From positions 1 to 64,000 of the forward strand of contig JALMLS010000234.1 in NCBI GenBank assembly GCA_038496445.1: DNA of 64,000 nt, in the 5' to 3' direction. The position numbers were made by a program, and so were the translations under genes. Source of the DNA: Trichosphaerium sp. ATCC 40318 (taxonomy: Eukaryota > Protista > Tubulinea). The notes beneath the pieces are model-generated. The model was given only the letters and a program-made list of their open reading frames with translations, ran no database searches and was not told the DNA's origin. Positions 60,504 through 64,000 of this stretch are shown one piece after another (the stretch's first letter is position 1; each line of letters starts with the position of its first letter).

Positions 60504-61181
60504 CTAATCGTTGCCAAGGGAATAATTGTTTGTACCCGCACTGGTCAGCATTACTGGAGGCTCGCATTCTATACACGCTATCCCAATACCAGACAAGAGA
60601 TAGGGTTCAGCGCCCTTCTTTATTATTCTCTGGCATCCAATGCATCTCTCTGGTGTGAAACTTGGTGGATTGGGTAGTTTTTCAAAATTATAATCGTTTG
60701 TGGCGTAATACGCTACAATCTCTGGGTCGTCATTCATGTTTCGGCACTTTGTGCAATTCGTGAATTTGTTCGGGTGACGTTTGAAATGATGGTATGCGCA
60801 CATTGAGTACCGCTCATGGTTGATGTAGCAGCTGTCTCTTTTATAAAAGGTTGTTTGAGACATTTGATAACTATCATCACAAATCCATTCGCTACAACAA
60901 GCCGTACGCGTTAAACGGTTCGTTTTGCCACATAGGCCACACTGCTTAGTGTTAAAACAGGTTTAACCATATTCAACTTAAAAACGTACGCAAGGCGCTG
61001 GTTTGGATCTAGCATTGCCATGTTTTGCCTGTAAACCACAAGACAACTTGTGTGTGTTCCAATGAATCTTTTGACAATTTCTACTACAATACCGCACTTT
61101 ACGGCAACCGCTACAGCGTGCAAGCTTTTTTGTTCCAGCATGTTGGCAATTGGCGCATTCTTGGCGGGGCGGTTCGGCCAT
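60504..61181 (-). CDS. MYND zinc finger fused to Cys/His-rich uncharacterised domain
   Basis: CANC...RCSGCRKVRYCSRNCQKIHWNTHKLSC; after one intron CGLCGKTNRLTRTACCSEWICDD... Confidence 0.8.
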
Positions 61182-61761
61182 TTGTAGAACAAAGCGTGGG
61201 TAAAGTTGTACGCAATGAGTTTGTTAAATTGCTTTGTGTGTGAAAGCAAAACTGAAATTTTTTCATCAGTCTGAGGTGTTCTGCGACCAGACCTGTTCGA
61301 AGTGACTATACCATCCAAACAGTTTCCACTATGATTTACAAGCCTACGTTGAGCCTACACCTAGTGTAGGCAGTTTTGACTTATTGAGGCGGTTAAAATG
61401 CTCACACGTGCGCATAAATGCATGACACGCATTTTATACAGCTGATACAGGCTGTAGTACCAACTTGGCGACTTGACGTCGATTCCTTTTCCTGCGCTAA
61501 AAACGCGTATTTGCGAATGCTAGAAATCGTTCACTAGCGTAGTTGATGATTTCATTTCATGATCTAAAGGAAAAACGGGAGTGCAGAAAAAAAGTTAGCC
61601 AACTTACGACTTTACGATCCAACTCCTTTTTATGTCGTGCAACAAGGGAGGTGTTTGCGAGGTACTAGTACAAAAAACCGACTTTAGTTGAAAAACGCAT
61701 TCTTTTAGTAAATTCCGTGTAAACAGCGTAAAAGAGCACGCAATCCATCTATAACGATCAT

Positions 61762-64000
61762 ATGATGGACCACACGCTAGAAGAAAACGTTCCCGTATTT
61801 CGACCAACTGTAGAAGAATTTAAGGATTTTTCAGGCTATTTGGAGAAGGTGAGCGCTGTAGTGGGCGATTTGGGTATTTGTAAGGTTATTCCTCCAAAAG
61901 TCTGGTTACCGGACATAAAATACGAAGATATAGACTTCAAGATACCTACACCAATACGACAAATCGTCACAGGCTCTCGTGGATATTATGGGCAGTTAAA
62001 CGTTGAGGAAGAAGCGATCTCAGTTCAAAAGTTCAAAATTGAAGCAGATGAAGCTTTGAGTGCTGCAAGATTAGGAAAACTGGATTTGAAGGACATTGAG
62101 CGAAAATTTTGGAAGACATTAACGTATAATCCACCTATGTATGGCGCAGACATGCTTGGATCATTATTTGACCCTAAACATTGGGGTTGGAACTTACAGA
62201 AATTGGAAACAGTATTAGATTTGCTTGGCGTTGATCTACCAGGTATTACACAACCATATCTTTATTTTGGCATGTGGAAAGCCGCATTTGCATGGCACAC
62301 TGAAGGTACGATTTAATTTTATGCTTGGTTCACGAAATTAAACCTCTTACTTTCCTTCATTGGGTTTATACATACTTATCGTCCTTTTATCGTTAAAATT
62401 TATTTTTATCGTTTTTCTAACTTCACTCTGCAGACATGGATTTATATAGCATAAATTACCTACACCATGGGTCCCCTAAACAGTGGTATGCTATTCCTAG
62501 AACAGAAAGCGCGCGTTTTGAGCGGTTAGCGGAGGTACAATTTGTTTTCGGTTTTTTCACTGAATCTCGTCAGTATCCTGTCAGATTTTTTTGACACTTT
62601 TTGTAGAGTAGGTTCCATGAAGACTACAGACTATGCAAGCAATTTTTGAGACACAAGACTTCGATAATTTCTCCGTACACGCTTCAAAAGAACAATGTAA
62701 CAGTAAATGCAGTAACACAACATCCTGGCGAGTTTGTCATCACTTTCCCTTATGCCTATCATGCAGGATTTAACTATGGTACGCCTTAGCATGATGATAA
62801 ATATCCAACGCGTCATATACCCTTACTCTGTTGGCTCACGTATCTTTGCTTAGGGTTCAATATTGCCGAAGCAGTAAATTTTGCAATTCCAAATTGGATT
62901 GATTTCGGCAAGAAAGCATCTGTTTGTACTTGTCACAAAGATGCTGTTAGTATAAATATTGGTATACTAGAGGAGAGATATGAGGTAGGAAGACTTTAAT
63001 TACTTGAAACCGCTTGCTTACAGGTTGTTGTAGATGTTACAAAATGGTGACTCTTTAGATGAGATAATACCAAGTGGGACAAAAAGAAAACGGCTTGATG
63101 TTGCCTTACTCACACCAAAAGCAAAAAGAGCACGTACACGTGCGGCAGCAGCAGAAGCTAGAGCGCTAGCAAAAGCAGCAAAGGCAAAATCAGTGCGTGA
63201 AATGTCAAACCAAACATGTGACATTTTCTTATTTTTTTCTGATTTATTTTGCACATTACTTTTGCTCTCGAAGCAAATTTTTCTTTACCTTCTCTTGTGT
63301 GTATGAGCTCAAACACTAAATATACTTTAGAAGAAAAAGGCTTCTCCTAGAAAGTCAAAAAAGAAGGCAGGAAGCAAATCAAAAGCTGCACCTGCAGTCA
63401 GAAAGACAAGGTCTATTAGTATGAGACGAAAGGCAAAGATTAACGTAAGTTGATGCTAGCCATCACCCCAAAAACAAACAAACAAACCAAAACCTCCCTC
63501 TCACCCTTCCCTTGACGTTGATCGAACGTGCAACGGTCCGCCAAACCCCAAAAATTTGTTTCTCAACAAAAAAAAAACGCGAAAAAAAAAACTTTCCTCC
63601 TTCAGTTTCTGGGCGCAAAAAAAGGGAGCTTGTACTCGCTAGCTCATTACTTTACACGCCCTCCTACTTTTGGACAACACAATTTTTTCAAACGTGTATC
63701 TGTTGTACATAGCTTTAATGACCAAAAAAATAAAAAAAGCCTATTTATTTGTATAGAAGTTTTAGTCACAAAAAAAAACGAAAACAAAACATGAGTGCGT
63801 GAGTGATATCTATTTCATATTTTGAATAGATTTTACTCTACCATGCTTGTGCGAGTTGTTTAGTTTATGTGCCACTAATTCAGAGGTGCTAGTTCAGAAA
63901 TTAAATAGCGGTCCAAACAAACAATAGTTCAGCAGTAATCAGTGTGATTCCTTTTTTTTTCTTCTTTTTTAACGTGGTGTTTTTCAGGGCGGAAGACAAA
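61762..64000 (+). CDS. KDM4: JmjN/JmjC KDM4-family histone demethylase, probably continues past the window
   Basis: [85 protein letters not shown]. Confidence 0.93.

Noticed and set aside
1-64000. Alternative genetic code or widespread pseudogenes suggested by fragmented ORFs
   Set aside because: Stops fall inside short GT-AG or GC-AG introns; spliced frames are intact under the standard code

Overview
AT-rich (about one third GC by eye), very gene-dense eukaryotic nuclear DNA. It has many short spliceosomal introns (mostly ~30-70 nt, donor consensus GTACGT/GTAAGT/GTGCGT), which fragment the ORF track. Gene content suggests a free-living protist, possibly an amoebozoan (inference only). About 27 protein genes were reconstructed by manual splicing: PPR protein, SSS symporter, SIZ/PIAS SP-RING ligase, a secreted CAP-like protein, F-box/MORN2 protein, ArfGAP, XPB, GH28, two Cys-rich single-pass proteins, two ~70-aa 'DWY..GG..WKF' repeat proteins (one ending in a PD-(D/E)XK nuclease domain), CCDC93, F-box/WD40, a TQxF-repeat protein, G-patch/ZnF, a mitochondrial PIN-like protein, INTS4, C2-RasGAP, a C2 protein, an intronless GT-B glycosyltransferase, PNPO, a bacterial-type HU/IHF gene with introns (absent from the ORF track), a menin homologue, a REM-only protein, RAD1, a PIF1-BRCT fusion, GH79, a MYND fusion and KDM4. 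Most notable: the repeat-array plus nuclease protein and its nuclease-less paralogue, the HU gene, the menin homologue, the PIF1-BRCT fusion head-to-head with RAD1, recurrent GC-AG introns with GCACGT donors, and roughly ten-fold enrichment of CACGTG. No tRNA, rRNA, CRISPR array or intact transposon was recognised. All gene boundaries are manual and approximate.
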